From Thalia democratica (Eukaryota): a DNA stretch of 64,000 nucleotides. Where the stretch lies: positions 30,566,001 to 30,630,000 of the forward strand of contig OZ241833.1 in assembly GCA_965202585.1 (NCBI GenBank), given 5' to 3'. Within the stretch, counting starts at the first letter, position 1, and the number at the start of each line of letters is the position of its first letter. The notes beneath the pieces are model-generated. The model did not search any database, had not been told where the DNA came from, and saw only the letters and a list, made by a program, of their open reading frames with translations. Positions 12,790 to 26,857 of this stretch are shown piece after piece. Made by a program: the position numbers and the translations under genes.

Positions 12790-15700
12790 GTGAGTAGATA
12801 TGTTGATTTTTTTAATTTGTTGAATTAAGTAAAAATTGTCTTTGATAGTTTAAGTAAAAAAAGTTGAGATAAGGAAACTGCATGGAGTTTTTTTTTTTTC
12901 ATTATCTGTTTAAATTCTTGCTATAGCTTTACCATGCAGTACATCCTATTCATCCTTGTAAAAAATTGAACTGCTAGTTTAAATAAAGAAAAAAAAATAT
13001 TTCACAGGTTGTATAACTGACTACTTAAAAACTTATAGATAAACCTTTGCAATAGATGTAATTTGTACAATTATAAGTTTTAAAATTGATGCTTGATAAT
13101 TTTCTCATTTTGATCTTTTATTTACCAGAACAATGTAATATTATTTTATTTATGTTTGTCAATTAATTTTGATACAATTATGATACCTATGTTTAAATAA
13201 AATACGTAGCCATAGCTAAATAGTTATTATGATTATTCATTGTTTTTATCTACTTAAAATATATTTATTTTAAACCCAAATTGCAGTGTAAAAATAACGG
13301 GAATTAGCTAAAATTAAATTTGACTACTATGTTTTTTAATACATTAAAACATAGTTGTTATCTAATTTTTGTTAATTATATATTTATATTTTATTTAATA
13401 AAGTTTAAGTTTCTATTGTGAAAAACTAGCAGAATATTAAATGCAAACTATTGTTTTGATGAATTAAATGAAATTAAATGAATGAGTTGTACGGTATTTT
13501 AATTATATTATAACTACAAACGATTAAACCACATAAATATACCAGTATTTAAACATTTTTTATGCATCAAGTGAATAAAAGGTTTTAAACTTCAAATTAT
13601 TTGTATAAGAATACAGGATGTCGATCTAAGAAATAATGAATTTTTAAATAAATTCCAAGTTTCAGTGGGGAAATTTTATAAATTTAAGTTGAAAACTTCA
13701 ACACAAGGCTAAAACTTTTTTATTAGGTTTAATATGTTTTAAAAATGTAACAGCAACTATTCAAAAGTATATTTCCGAAATATTAAAAGCTGAAAGTTAT
13801 ATTTAAAAATATAGTTTGTATACAGTGTATGGTTTTTTAAAATTAAATTGTCAAGTTTAATAGGTTTCTTAAAACAGACTATTTTGTTAACAATAATAAT
13901 AAAACTTAGTTTTTTTTATGGTTATTTATAAACAAATCAAAAAATAGCATCAGGTTAATAATTTACTTTCGAAAAATATCTGGCTAGTTCTATAAGTATA
14001 AATGCCAAGAAAAGTTTAAAAAAAAACTATATTTTTAAAACTTAGATTAAATTTTGAATTTAAATATATAAAAAAGAATTATGGTTTAATTTAGAATAAA
14101 ACTTCTTTAATAAAATATTTTTTATAAAAGCAAACAGATTCTTTAGTCTGTAGTCTGTTTTACATATACTTTATTTTACTTTAAGACTCTAATTTTACCC
14201 CAAAAATTTTTCTTGACTATTTAAATTGATTCTTACATTATAGTTTAAATTTATAATATAACTAAAAGTTTTCTTTGTTTAGAAATACAACTTCATATAG
14301 ATAAAATTTGGCATCTTTATTTAGAATTTTTAGCTGATTTAATATTTGTCAGTATGTAGTCTTATCTCAAATTTAGTTTTTTTTTTATATATATCTTTTC
14401 TTCCTTTTATGAAAAGTTTGTATTTTTAAATGTTAAACTACTTGTTCAATGCATAACTTAAAGTATGTGTTATTTATTATAATTTTATAGACTATTTGTC
14501 TCTGATATATATATACTTTTTTTATTTAAGAAATTCTAACAAAAAAAAGTTTAGTATCAAGAAGATAAAGTGTTTTATGTGTAATAGTTTTCTACAGGTT
14601 TTTTTCATTACTATTTACATTATATTACCAAATGTTTTTTTTAAACTTTTTTGAACAGCTAAAAAGATGAAATCCACATTACATTTATTAATTATCCGTC
14701 TTTTTGCATTTAAAGTTCATACAAAGTTTCAAAGTTTTATAGAAAATTATAAATGTACTTGTTCTTGTTTATTATACTTTATATTCAGTTGAAAAAATTA
14801 TTAATCATAAATCAATGAAGAAAGTTTCACTTTTCCTCGAAGTCTCAATCGTAAAATCAGCTTTTCAATAGTTTCAATTGCAACGCTAAAATAAACCAAC
14901 ACTTATTTCAACTGCCAATGAAAATGAGTTTGGGAAAGTAGCGTTTGTAAAATGAGTCTAAATTGTTGTCAGATTTCAATACCAATGCTGTAAAGTAATT
15001 GTTAACATTTACCCACACTAGTCTCAACAAATTAACCTTTCCACGCAGACTGGCGTTTTTAGTTATTCAAAACAGCTGAAACTAGCAAACTGCTCTACAC
15101 AACACACGACGAGACCAAAAATAATGTATATTTATTTTTTCTTAACATTTTTGCCTCCAATTACAAATCTCAACAAAAGTAATTTCCCAACAGACCAGCA
15201 ACAAACGTGGAGGTGGCCGACTCTGACTTCCACGATTCCGACTTCGAAGCCGTCAGCACCCCCGACATGAAGTTCGAGCGCATCGGTGCCGGCAGCAACG
15301 TTTCGTCCTCGGTCGTGGTGATTCCCCTCAAGTCGACCGCCAACTTCAATTTCACCAGCGCCGTCGTTCAGTACGTCGCCGCCGAAGGCGCGGAACCCAC
15401 TGTGAGTTGTGATTAATTGATATGTGGTCGGAATTGAAATTATTGTATTTAAATATTTTAGCTATTGCTTTTTTATTTTTGGAGTCATATCAGTTTTTAG
15501 TAATGTTTGTTGTAAACATAATTTTTAATTTCTTAATATATTTTTCTTTTTGGTATTTACGTTGAAGTTATTACTCATGCAGTTGACGTTCTCAAACATC
15601 AATAATATGTAAAATGTAGATTTAAAAGTATGTATTTATTTGTTTTAGAATAAGTTTGATTTTCTATTATACTTGAAAGGTTATACTATTTAAAATAAGT

Positions 15701-17259
15701 ATGTGGAGATCTGAAAATGTCAATTTTTTAATGTAATATGCTTTATTTAAAAAACGCCTATACATATTTACAGGGTTGCCACTTTACCTGGAAAAACCTG
15801 GAATTCGACAATTCAGGCAAAAATAACCTGGAAAAACCTGTAATTTGAGAAATTTTGAAAAAAACATGGAAAAACCTGGAAATTTGATTATAAAACCTGG
15901 AAAAACCTGGAATTTTTAATAATTTTAACATTATCAGTAGTAAAATTTCGATTTGACACAACAAATCTATCATATAAATAAGATTTTTTGTCACCATCAA
16001 AAATTTTTTTATTAAAAAACACAATTAAAGTACCTTCACAGTATTTTTTCATTGTTTTTATACTATTTAATACAGTTTCTTATATATAAATTAATCTAAA
16101 ACTAAAATTAAACCCAAAAATGTGTATTTTTAAAAACCTGGAAGAAATTTGGAAAACCTGGAAAAAAATTTGAGAAAACGAGTGGCAACCCTGTATTTAT
16201 ACATGACTCATTTAACACTTAAGTATTTTTATGTACAACCATGCTAGATTTTTATCTTTAATTAATTTAGATCAGATTACAGTAGTAATGGTTAATAGTT
16301 TCAAATTTTAATAGTAAATGGCTTAAATTGTATTTAACTACTTTTAAGAAGTAATTATGATTTAAATACTGTTTAATTTCATTTAAAAGTATTAAAAAAA
16401 ATTAGTTTATTACTATTTGATTAATATATAGTTAAAGTTATACAAAGTTTTTGTATCAATCATTAAGATCAAGTAGAGATTCTTATAGAATATCCAAGAC
16501 AAAAATTGTAAACTTCTGTGCACAGAGAAATATATATTTCATTTGCCAAACAAATAAACTTTCAGTATTTTTATCATGGCTTTGATATTTCAATTCAAGA
16601 TTTAGTAGTTCATCTCTAAACAAATTACTAGTCAGATTTGTAAACACCGTCTTACTAAATATGGTTTAAGTATTTGGTAAATGTTAATCAAACCACCAAC
16701 AGTTCGGATTCAGCAACGAGGTAGGCCAGCATTCAATCATCTCCGCAAAGGAGTACAAGCGCGTACATGCTTCACACAAGGTTGTTGTTTGTTTATTACA
16801 TATTTATAATAAACAAAAACTCTTTTGTAAATGTGTTGGCTCGATACTTTACGAATCAAGTACACTCAGAATACGTATTTCATTATTGTTTTGATTTACC
16901 TTTTAGATTGAACTTGTTGTGTTTGGTATTTTTATGTAACAACGTAAACTTAACTGTAAAAAAATCAGCATACTACTGTTTAGTTTTGAACAACTTTAGT
17001 TTTTACCATTTTATGTTTTTAAATAAATACAGTTGATCAGTCCAGCCAAAAGTAGCGATAAATAATCAACTGTGCTCACACACATTGTATTTATTACATA
17101 GTAAAGTAGCATCTTCATAGAACTACAGTCTGATATTCTAAATTTATACAGATCGAGTGGTTCCTGTTCTGTTTGTGGTGCACACCGTCACTCCTCCTCC
17201 CCTACCTGGTCCACCTAAACAGCAAGAACAAGTACACCGTCAACAAAAAATCCAATTAA
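12623..17259 (+). CDS. SSR2: Translocon-associated protein subunit beta (signal sequence receptor beta); exons 12623-12789, 15194-15401, 16703-16780, 17152-17259; 186 aa
   Basis: Spliced protein MKFVLSIVALL...EGNELTVKYTLFNVGDGPATNVEVAD...KFERIGAGSNVSSSVVVIPLKSTANFNFTSAVVQY...SAKEYKRVHASHKIEWFLF...SKNKYTVNKKSN aligns end to end with TRAP-beta as I recall it (EGRDLTLQYNIYNVG, WDRIAPASNVSHTVVLRP, YFNFTSA, SKRKYD). All introns are GT-AG and phases are consistent (561 nt). Confidence 0.95.
15194..15401 (+). CDS. SSR2: SSR2 coding exon 2
   Basis: cccaacag|A CCA...CCC ACT|gtgagt; contains FNFTSA. Confidence 0.95.
15771..16193. mobile_element. MITE with CAGGGTTGCCACT TIRs (hAT-like terminus) in SSR2 intron 2
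   Basis: Inverted ends at 15771 and 16193, many internal AAAACCTGG subrepeats, flanked by direct TATTTA. Confidence 0.8.
16703..16780 (+). CDS. SSR2: SSR2 coding exon 3
   Basis: caccaacag|TTC GGA...CAC AAG|gttgtt; FGFSNEVGQHSIISAKEYKRVHASHK. Confidence 0.9.
17152..17259 (+). CDS. SSR2: SSR2 terminal exon (TM helix and basic tail)
   Basis: tatacag|ATC GAG TGG...TCC AAT TAA. Confidence 0.92.
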   Translation: MEWFLFCLWCTPSLLLPYLVHLNSKNKYTVNKKSN

Positions 17260-20200
17260 ATATTTTAATATAATTCGTTTTTAAATTTAGTATGTTAAGA
17301 TTACTAGGTGACATTTTTACTTTTTTTTTTATTAGCAACGGTAGCAAGTACTCTTCCGAATAATTTTTAGATTTTTTTTCGTGTACTTTAGAGATACATG
17401 TGAACTAAATGAAGCTTTTCTGATGAAGCTCGAGTTATTTGTTATTCTATTGAAATTTTCCAAGTTTAATTGGTAATTTATGTTAAGTTTTTAAAGGTTG
17501 TGTTTTTAAATAAGTGTACTTGTTTGTTTTTTTTTTTGTGATTATTTTCCAATTAAATTTGAATAAAGATAAACTTTGTAATTTTTAAAAACTAGTAAAA
17601 TAAACTTTTTTTATGTGAACTTTTGTTTGTAAATTAATTTATTTTTACTAGCTATTTTTATGCTTTCTAAATTTTTAATACAAATATATGAAACATACTT
17701 GTTGACATCAAATTAAATTTATTTCAAAATACATCTTAGGTTAAATCTTTTAAACTATAATTTGAATAAACATTTATTTGTCAAACATGTTAATAAACAA
17801 AAGTATATTTATTGCTTTGTAATTATGTAGAATTGTATATAACTCTTAACTAACTGTGCTAATATAAGTTTAGATAAACAAGCAAAATTTACTACTGCTA
17901 AATGAAAATTTAAAGGTGTCTTTTTGGAAAAAAATAACAGTTTTATGAAATATAAGTAAATGTATTTAAAAGTGTCTTTTTGATAAAAAATAACAGTTAT
18001 ATGAAATATAAGTAGTAGTATTAACATATCTACATTTGTAAATTTTATATAAGTTAAATACTATCAGTAAAGTTTAAGATCCACATGCTACATTTTATAT
18101 ATACTTTTCCAGCTAATTTTTAATTTTGAAAAAGATACCATAAAACTGAGAAGGGAAATTATATTTATAGAAACAAATTTATAAACAACTTTTTTTTTGA
18201 ATTTATACCATTATTTTTTGCTTACTTGCAAGAGTTATTTTGCAAATTGACGTAACTCTGAAGCAAAAGTTACCAACCATTAAATATAAATATCATGGTA
18301 CTGTGACTATTCAATTTTTTTAAGTAATGAATTACTCAGCAAAAATTTCTTAAACGAATAGAATTGTCTACTTAATTTTGCATTTACTATTTAAAGGCGT
18401 TTTTTAACGGCTAAAAAACAAGTCCACACTTTTTTTCAACACTGAATTTTATTGAAGCACCTCTAATGTATCAAACATATCCTTTTAAAAGCTTCTGAGA
18501 CAAACATTAAAATAAAGTTTGTACTTAGTAAGGCAACAATAAGCTCTCTACAACTGGTTATAAGTTGAATGTGTACTCCTTCTTACGGTTTCGAGTTAAG
18601 AAAACAAAGCTCAAGTTTTATACAGGTAAATATGAGAGTTGTTTTGTAGTTAAATAGAAAATAAATTTTTATCGACGTGTATAACGTTCACGTCTCAGTT
18701 TTTTCATAAAAATAAATAAAATATGTAAATGCGTTGAAACCGCTGTATTTTTCAATTAAACTTTTACTCTAAAGACCAGTTCTCAGCAATGCAACGTATT
18801 TATTTTTATGTAAACCTGTCATGAACTGCCGTCTCAAAGTTTATCCACAAAAGTACGTAACTTTAAAGTAGTGATCGTAGGTTTCCAGTTTTATTAGTTA
18901 GGATAGTATAAGACGCATTTTGATTTGTTGTAAAGGAATAGGACTAACTGATTTTCAAATAATAGTTTTCAAGGTTTAAAAACTTTGTGCAAGTTTCAGA
19001 CTAAAATTTAAATAAATTTAAAACTTGGTTAACTATTATTGTGAGTCTGCAGTCAATCTCTGTATTAATACTATCTTCACAAACTTAGCTCAAAAGTGGA
19101 CTTATTGGAGAATAAATTCAGACACAGTTTTTAAATCTAAAAAATTATTGTAATAGTTTTTAACATGTTAGTTGGTTATTTGACAGGTGGAAATATGAAA
19201 AAAAATCTTTTTTAAATTTAATTTGTTTAGTGATCACAAAGCTTTGTATGTTATGAACTTTGTGGTTTTTAACACAATTTTTAGAACGATTCTATCTACA
19301 ACTGAAGTTAATTTGTTTGATACTATGTCATAAAACTGATTTTAGCTTCAATAAAGCTTTCTTAATAATCAATTTAGTTGTTTAGTAGATACTAACAATT
19401 AATAACTTTACGTGATTTTTTTTCGAATTGTGCCAGGGACGAGTTAAGAATTTTTTTCAGTAGGGTAGCACTTTTTTTTGTTCAATAATAAAGTATTTTC
19501 TGTAGTAGCTTTTAATTATAAATTTTAGAAACTTACATAACTGTGTACTAAATAACTCTGGAAAAATTCTCAGATACATTAAAAAGTTTAAATCTTAAAC
19601 AATATGAAAATATTAAGTAAAACAGAATGCAAAATCTTCACGAACGGTCCAATTATTTAATTATGAGTAAAATTATTATTAAAATAATTTTTATACAACG
19701 ATTGTTACTTTAGCTAACACTGTTTCTCCTAAAAAAGTTTTTTGAGTAACAATTTAAACATAAACCTTTTAATAATTCAAATCTAAACCTAAGTCCTGTA
19801 ATTATTGACAATGTGAAAACTTTGTCTTGCATTGTGAAACTAACATGTATAAGAAATCTTTTTACATAATAAACTTGAAACGAAGTACTAATCAAGCTTA
19901 TTAATTTATTTGTTTTAATAAAAAAATAAATGTTCAATTATACGTAACTAAAATACTTAGTCAAGCAGTTCCAGTTAAAATAATTTAGCTAAAATCAAAC
20001 TTAAATCAAAAACAAGTTATATTTTTGAAAACATTAATGCATTAACATACTTTTTTAAAGTATATACTTATTTTTAGGCATGAAAAATTTAAAGTTTTAA
20101 CTACAATTTTAGAATTTGAAAAAACACGATGTCAGTTAAACTTAACTTTCTAAAATATTTACACAAAAATTAATCTTGTAACAACATAAACGTAATATTT

Positions 20201-21543
20201 TTAAGTATCAACAGCATAATGTTAAAACTTTATACTTGTTTATGTATAAGAAGTTGTTCTATATCAAACCAAAAAAAAGTTAAAGTAAAAAACAACTAAT
20301 TTTGTTTTGAAAACAAAGTAGAAATTATTAGTATTTAGGTACACCTTATTTAGTTATGTCTGCTTAAATTAGTGTATAATTTTAAATGAGGTTTAATTTT
20401 TTGAAAACAACATCTTTATGCTAAAACTTACAACTTACATTTTATAATGTACTTAAATGTATGGGCTTTCATAAAGTGTTCTTAGTTTAAAAAATTTAAC
20501 TTAAGGTTAAACATTTTAAAGTTAAAACTACGTTTTTATTACACCCTAAGAAACATGCTTCTTTAAAGTACAACTTTTTATTTTTTGTATTTGTTAGAAA
20601 TAATTGATATTTTAATGATCGATTTAAGCTTTTGTTAATTTTACTTTATAGAAAAATTACCATCTGTTTCTTAATCCTTTAGACTTTTGTTTTTACATAT
20701 AACGTAAAACAAAACTTTTAAAACTTGCATAACTTTAAATGTAAAGATTATTTTTGAGTTTAGTAAAATTCTACTTCATAAAAAATAACACTTCATTACA
20801 GCTTTTACTTGATTTCTTAGTAGTATATAAAATTTTCTTACTATTAGGAAAAATTGTATTTATTTTTATTAAAACTATGATAATCACTTTCAAAAATCTT
20901 ATTTTACTTCAATTTTTAAAAACTTTTGTTAAAAATTGAATTGATTTTATTCTTTATTTACACATATAGTATATAAACTACACTTTTATTTAGTAGTTAA
21001 ATGTACAACTTAAAAAAGCAATTGCACTTTTTAGTCAACTATTTTTTAAATTTTAGATTAAACTTGTTATGCTAAAGCTAGATTAGAAAAATAAAGTTAA
21101 CACTGGTATAATTTAGAAAGTATCAAATATTAAATTAGCTAGCAAGACTAGTATCTAAAAAATTAAGTTGCAAAGAAGAATGAAAATGAGTTTAAACTAT
21201 TTTATTACAATAATTTTGTTCTTACTAAAAATTTAAATGTTTACTGTCCGAACGAAAGGGTTAGTAGCATTATCTTGGACACTGGTCATTTTAAACAATT
21301 TAAAATTTACAAAACTAAAAAAGAAGCTCGAGATACGTAGTATTATTGTTTACAAAGATTATCAGGTAACATTTTATTTACAAAAAATTTCATAGAAAAG
21401 GGTTGGCATGAAGTTTTTTAAGAGTTAAAATCAGTGCTTTAGTACTACAGACATAATTGTATCAACATAATAAAAGTCATACAACAATAAAAGTTTAGAG
21501 GTAAAAATAATATTGTATAAATACAAGATTAATGTTTCATATA

Positions 21544-22938
21544 TTAGTTGTTCTTTTTAAACAAAGCTTTAAACCCCGAACGAAACTTCTTGTTAATAAC
21601 GTTGTAAACCAAAATGTTCCATACTGTGTTTGTTGATAAAAAAAGTTTGGGAACAGATACTTGAGAAATAATATGTGCGTTACGGCAACTCAGATACTTT
21701 AATTCAAACACATAGTATCGAATGTGGATATACAAAATTGGTGATAAACTAAAAGTAAAAGCGACAACCATGAAAATCAGAACTAACGACATTTGTTTTT
21801 CTGCTAAAAACTTATTTCTAATCACACGATTCAGTTTTAAAGATTTTTTATAGCTTTTGTAAAGACTCTTAAGAGTTAACACAGTAAATATCCATAGTAA
21901 TGCAAATAATACAAACAACAAAACAGTATCAAAAAACTGGTCCATTTTTGCACAAATAGGAGGTTGCATAAATTCCCTTAGAGGTGACCAAAAACCAGTA
22001 AGCAGAGTTGTAATTGCACTTAGAGTCCATATTATTATTGATAAAATTTTAGCTGTTTTAATAGTGTTAGTCTTTTTATACTTAATTGGAAATTCTATTG
22101 CAAAATATCTATCACCTGCTGAAAGAACAAGTGAAATTAAAGAAACAATAAGTGTTACTTTCATCAAGAGTATATTACTAGTTTTAAGCTTCCTAAGTGT
22201 ACGTGATGAACCAGCATCTAACACGTAGGCGATATACGGTTCGCAACTGAAGATTTTAACTTCGTAAACCAAACTTCTATTAATATTTACCGAGGCAGCT
22301 TCAGGTAACGGATAAGGTTTACAATCCAGTAAATAAGTTGACACGAAGTATTTGTGGCCATTGAAAGCTGCATCAAAGCATAACAGCAGTGCCCAAATGG
22401 TGTCAGAAACTGCAATAGAAGTTTTGAATACATATTGGCTGTGTCTAAACTCTTTAGTCTTCCGAATGACCACTATTACCAAAATGTTTCCGATAATTGA
22501 CAAGAGTCCAATCGAAGTAAAGAGTACATATTCTCCAATAACCAAAGCTATCTGCCTAACAGAAAAACAGTATATAAATTTCTTGTTTAAAATTAAGTTT
22601 GCTTTTTGTTTTTTCAAATTATTAAGCTATTTTTAAGCATTATCTTTACCCAATATAGATGGAAAAACAACCGAAATTTTAAACTTATGTGAATATTATT
22701 TTTTCTTTAAATACATAGACTTCTACCGAACATTGAAATATTTAAACATGTTCCTAATACTAAACGGATTTCTATCCTCTGTAGTAAAGTTAACACCATT
22801 CAACTCAAAATGGTAAAAGGTTTTTGTAATTCTTTTGTTGTTTTGAACCACAGCAGTTGTTTCGTTTGTGCTATGTTCTAAACAAACTCCAAGGTTAGTA
22901 AGTAAATAAATACTAATTATCAGACTTTAAGTTTTCAT
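21544..22938 (-). CDS. Orphan rhodopsin-like GPCR, copy 2; exons 22938-22727 and 22555-21544; nonsense codon at position 4, either pseudogene or N-terminally truncated 344-aa form from ATG 22749
   Basis: Exon 1 MKT*SLIISIYLLTNLGVCLEHSTNE aligns without gaps to GPCR1 exon 1 (both 212 nt). Donor GTT CG|gtagaa, acceptor ttttctgttag|G. Exon 2 is 1012 nt and fully open with GN, AVSD, GDRYFAI and NILVY. Confidence 0.85.
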
Positions 22939-25900
22939 ATTATGTTTTGAGTTTAACTCTGCGGAAGTAAAAATATTTTAAAGTTTAAAATTTTAGCTAC
23001 TTTTCATTAAAGAGCTAGTTATTCTTTTTTTTTAGGTTCTTTATTAATATACTAACAAAGTGCCATACAAGTTTAAAAAAGACTAACTATTATTATCAGA
23101 ATACTTTTGTTCTCTCAAATTTAAATACTTGTTATTACAAATGTTTACCGTAAACAACACAATAAGTTTATAATAGAATTGTAGTGATTAAGTAATGACA
23201 GAAAAAATGTCATATCTTTTGTACTTCAAAAATGATAGTATTAAACGTTTTACTAAATTGCGTTTCAAGAGTTTAAAAGTGCATCTTGTAAGTCTTTAAA
23301 GTCCTATTACTTTTTAAGCAAATTTTTTTCTTTTATGGTTTTTATTTTTATCAAATGTGATAAATTAGCATGATAAACAGCTGTAAGATGTATAGTTTTT
23401 AGCAAGATCGTTAATGCATAAGCCGTTTTGTAATCTTGAGTGATTATGAAATCTTCTAAATTTCAAATTAAATAAAAACTGACAAGTTAAGAGTAACCAA
23501 ACCTTTAAAAAACAGTTTGTTATACTTAATGATATTTTGACCGTTTTTGATGGCAAACATAACTGTTATAGCTTACTGTAGAAAGTATAAAAAGAATGAA
23601 ATAAACAAATAAACAAAAAGAAAAAAACTGATCAATAACTTCATTTTGATTGAAAACTGTTATAAATTATGTACAACATATCTAGCGATTTTAGCTTTAT
23701 AAACTAATTAATAATAAACTCATCAATAAAACAAAGTAAAACATAGGTTTATATACACTTTAATTAACAATACAGCTCGTCCAAATAATAAAGTATAACT
23801 CAAGAACAAACCTTTCAAGCCATATAACTTTTGGAAATGTTAAGAATAAAAAATGTACTTTCCTAAAGTATTACAATTTCAATTTAGCTTCTTAAAAATT
23901 TAAAATTTAAACGTGTCATTTGTAAATATCAATAGCTTAATCTTTAAAACCTTTGATTTAGTAGTTCTATCTGTCTGCTAAAAGCTTGTTTTATTCATTT
24001 GTAAAAATGTAACATATGAAAATTATACTTTTAGACAAAGTTTTAAGCTTCGCTTGTCTTTGTAAATTTACAGGTGCTACTGTAGCGCTATGAAATTTTT
24101 GATTACAAAACAATTTATGTGTCCTTATTAGTTTTAACTTTCATAAACCAAAACTGTTGTGAAAATAATTCAAGTTGTTTGTGATAAAAAAAATTGTTAG
24201 CTGTAACTAAAATTTGTTCAAGTTTATAATAGTTAAACAAAACGAATATTGTCCTACTTAAAAAGTAAAATAGCAGCTATCCTATTCTTTTTAAATTTAA
24301 CATTAAAAATAAATTAAGTCTAAAATACTTTGATACATATTTTTCATAACTAATTTTTTGAATAGTTTGGTTATAAATTGCTAATATTATCAATAACTTA
24401 CATAAAGTTTCAAAAATATATTTTAAAGATCCGAACAAAGTATACGAAATGTTTACTCGATGAAAGTTACGATTATGTATGTTAAAAATTTAAAAATAAT
24501 CTCTATATCAAAAATAAATCATAAAGTTTTCTTAGTCACAATATATTAAACCTATAACTTGAAATTTTGAAGTAAAAAACTTTTTTTTGAATAAATAACA
24601 ATTACTACATGAACATTTTTTCAAGTTTTTTTGAAGTAAGATATAAAATCGTATGATATTAAAATTCGTATATTTCCTAACAACTTTAACTTTGTATAAA
24701 AATTTAATTTTTATTAAAATGTTTGGTATTTTATAATAATGTCATGATATTTTGTTTGCAAATATACACATAATTTACAACAAGTTCTTGAGTTTATAAA
24801 AACTAACTAATGTTTTTTATGAAGAACAATTCATTTAAAGTAAAACCATGTTTTTTATAAATATATAATTTTTTTAGGTCTTTTTAGTTGAATTAAAGTT
24901 TTAAACTCTTACTTAAACATTTAGTTTCTTGTATAAGTAAAATACCTTTTATACAACTAATAAGTAATACAATGAATAGATATTTAATTTCTTCTAAACT
25001 TACTAACACAAAACTATAACCATACTTTAAAAGCTATTTAGTATTCTTTATACATTTATGTTTCCAAAATTGACAAATGAATGTGATCCTTAAACTACAA
25101 TGACTTCATAAAGATATAAACCCAAAGACAACAAAATAGCATATTACTTATAGTACTTTTGATGTATTATGTGTTTATAACTAAATAAATTTTGTTTGTA
25201 AATCAATTTTACATACCATAAGTCATTGTGCAAACCTTTTAATTTGAACTGGTAAGATGTTTTTGTTTATTTGTTTGTAACATATAACTTGAATGACTTT
25301 GAGTAAGTGCGAAAAAACTGTAAGGGAAACTTTATAATTCTAATTCAATATAACCTTTTGAATGCTTCCTTATACATAAGTTGTATTATGTTTAAAGTCA
25401 ACAAATAAAAAACTGTTTTTACATCTAAAGCTTATGGAAGTTAACTAGTTCAAAGCATTTATATTATAATTTGTATTAAAACTGCTATTAAATTGCATTG
25501 TAATATTAAGAACTCTGAACTTAAGGTAATAAAAACATCAATACTGAAAGTATTTTTTTTAAATTACCTAAGAATATTTACGTACCTGTTTTTACATTAC
25601 AAAAAACTTTATTTTTGTTTACAGTTTTGTCCAAAGAAACTTTTCAAGTGAAAAAAAAATTCTATGCAAATATTTCTGATTATCTGTATACAATTATCAT
25701 TTAACAATTAAATATAAGCTACAAATAAAATTAAGAGGTAGTTTAGATAAAAAGTAGTTCCAATAAACATTATCTTTGACTTTTTTTGACGATTATAAAA
25801 GTTTGCAAGCTTACTACGGATTAGACTTGCTGAGTTTGATATTCTTCGCAAGTGAAAAAGAATTTTAGAGTATTAAGGTATATTTTTAAACTTTAGTACC

Positions 25901-26857
25901 AATAAAAGTTGTTATGTTATATTTCTAAAATACAACTGTTTAGTGCGTTTTGAACTAAATTTATTGTGCTAAAAGCAGATTGATCAAAATAAAAAATAAA
26001 AAAAATCAACATCAGTATAGTTTAGAAATTCTCAATTATCAAGAACAGTTCGCAAATGCATTATTAATAAAAAATCTCAAATGCAGAATGACAATGAGTT
26101 ATAAGTTCAATGATATACCGATTAAAAAACAGACTCAGAAGTTAGAACTGTTTGAGCTTTTTTTAAATCTAAGTGATAACAGTTGCAAATTTGTAAACTC
26201 TACAAAAACTGTTGAACTGTAATAAAAATAAATGCTAACAGTTATACAACTTGTAAGCGTACTTTTATTTTATTCAAATAAAGCACAAAAATCAAGAAAA
26301 AATTAACATACTATAGGTGTATTAATAATATAAGCTAGAATCAGCATGGATGTTATTACAATTACAACAAATATTAACGCTTTGTTTCAGAAAATGACCT
26401 GTATCTAAAAATGTTACATTGATATGTAAAAACTAAAAACTTCAGCAAAAGTAAAAATTTTATTTATTTTAAGTTAGGTTTTATAAATTTTTTGGCAAAA
26501 CCAAAGCTTTTTAATTTTTAGGCCAATAGAACTTTTCTAAGTTTAATCAGCTTTTATACAAATAAAAAAAAGTATTGAAATTTAATACTAATTTAGTCTA
26601 TAAATTTGACACAAAAAATTGTCTTTAATTCAAAGATAGTCTATTTGTTAGTTCTTTATTGAACAAAAAATATCTTTTATAAGATTTTTGACTTTGACGG
26701 AGGTTTTTGTAGTTTTCAAAAGTTAGGGTCATGTTTATTTACTTTAGATAAAGTTGTATTACTATAACAAAAGTTCTACAAACAATAACAATTTCCAAAT
26801 AAAAACGACTTTGCAGATATACAGAAGTTATAAAGTTAATGTTTATTTAATACATAT

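Noticed and set aside
7884-26222. Numerous 60-106 aa F/L/I/K/N-rich ORFs in AT-rich DNA
   Set aside because: Composition expected from random AT-rich sequence with alternative starts; no motifs or splice support.
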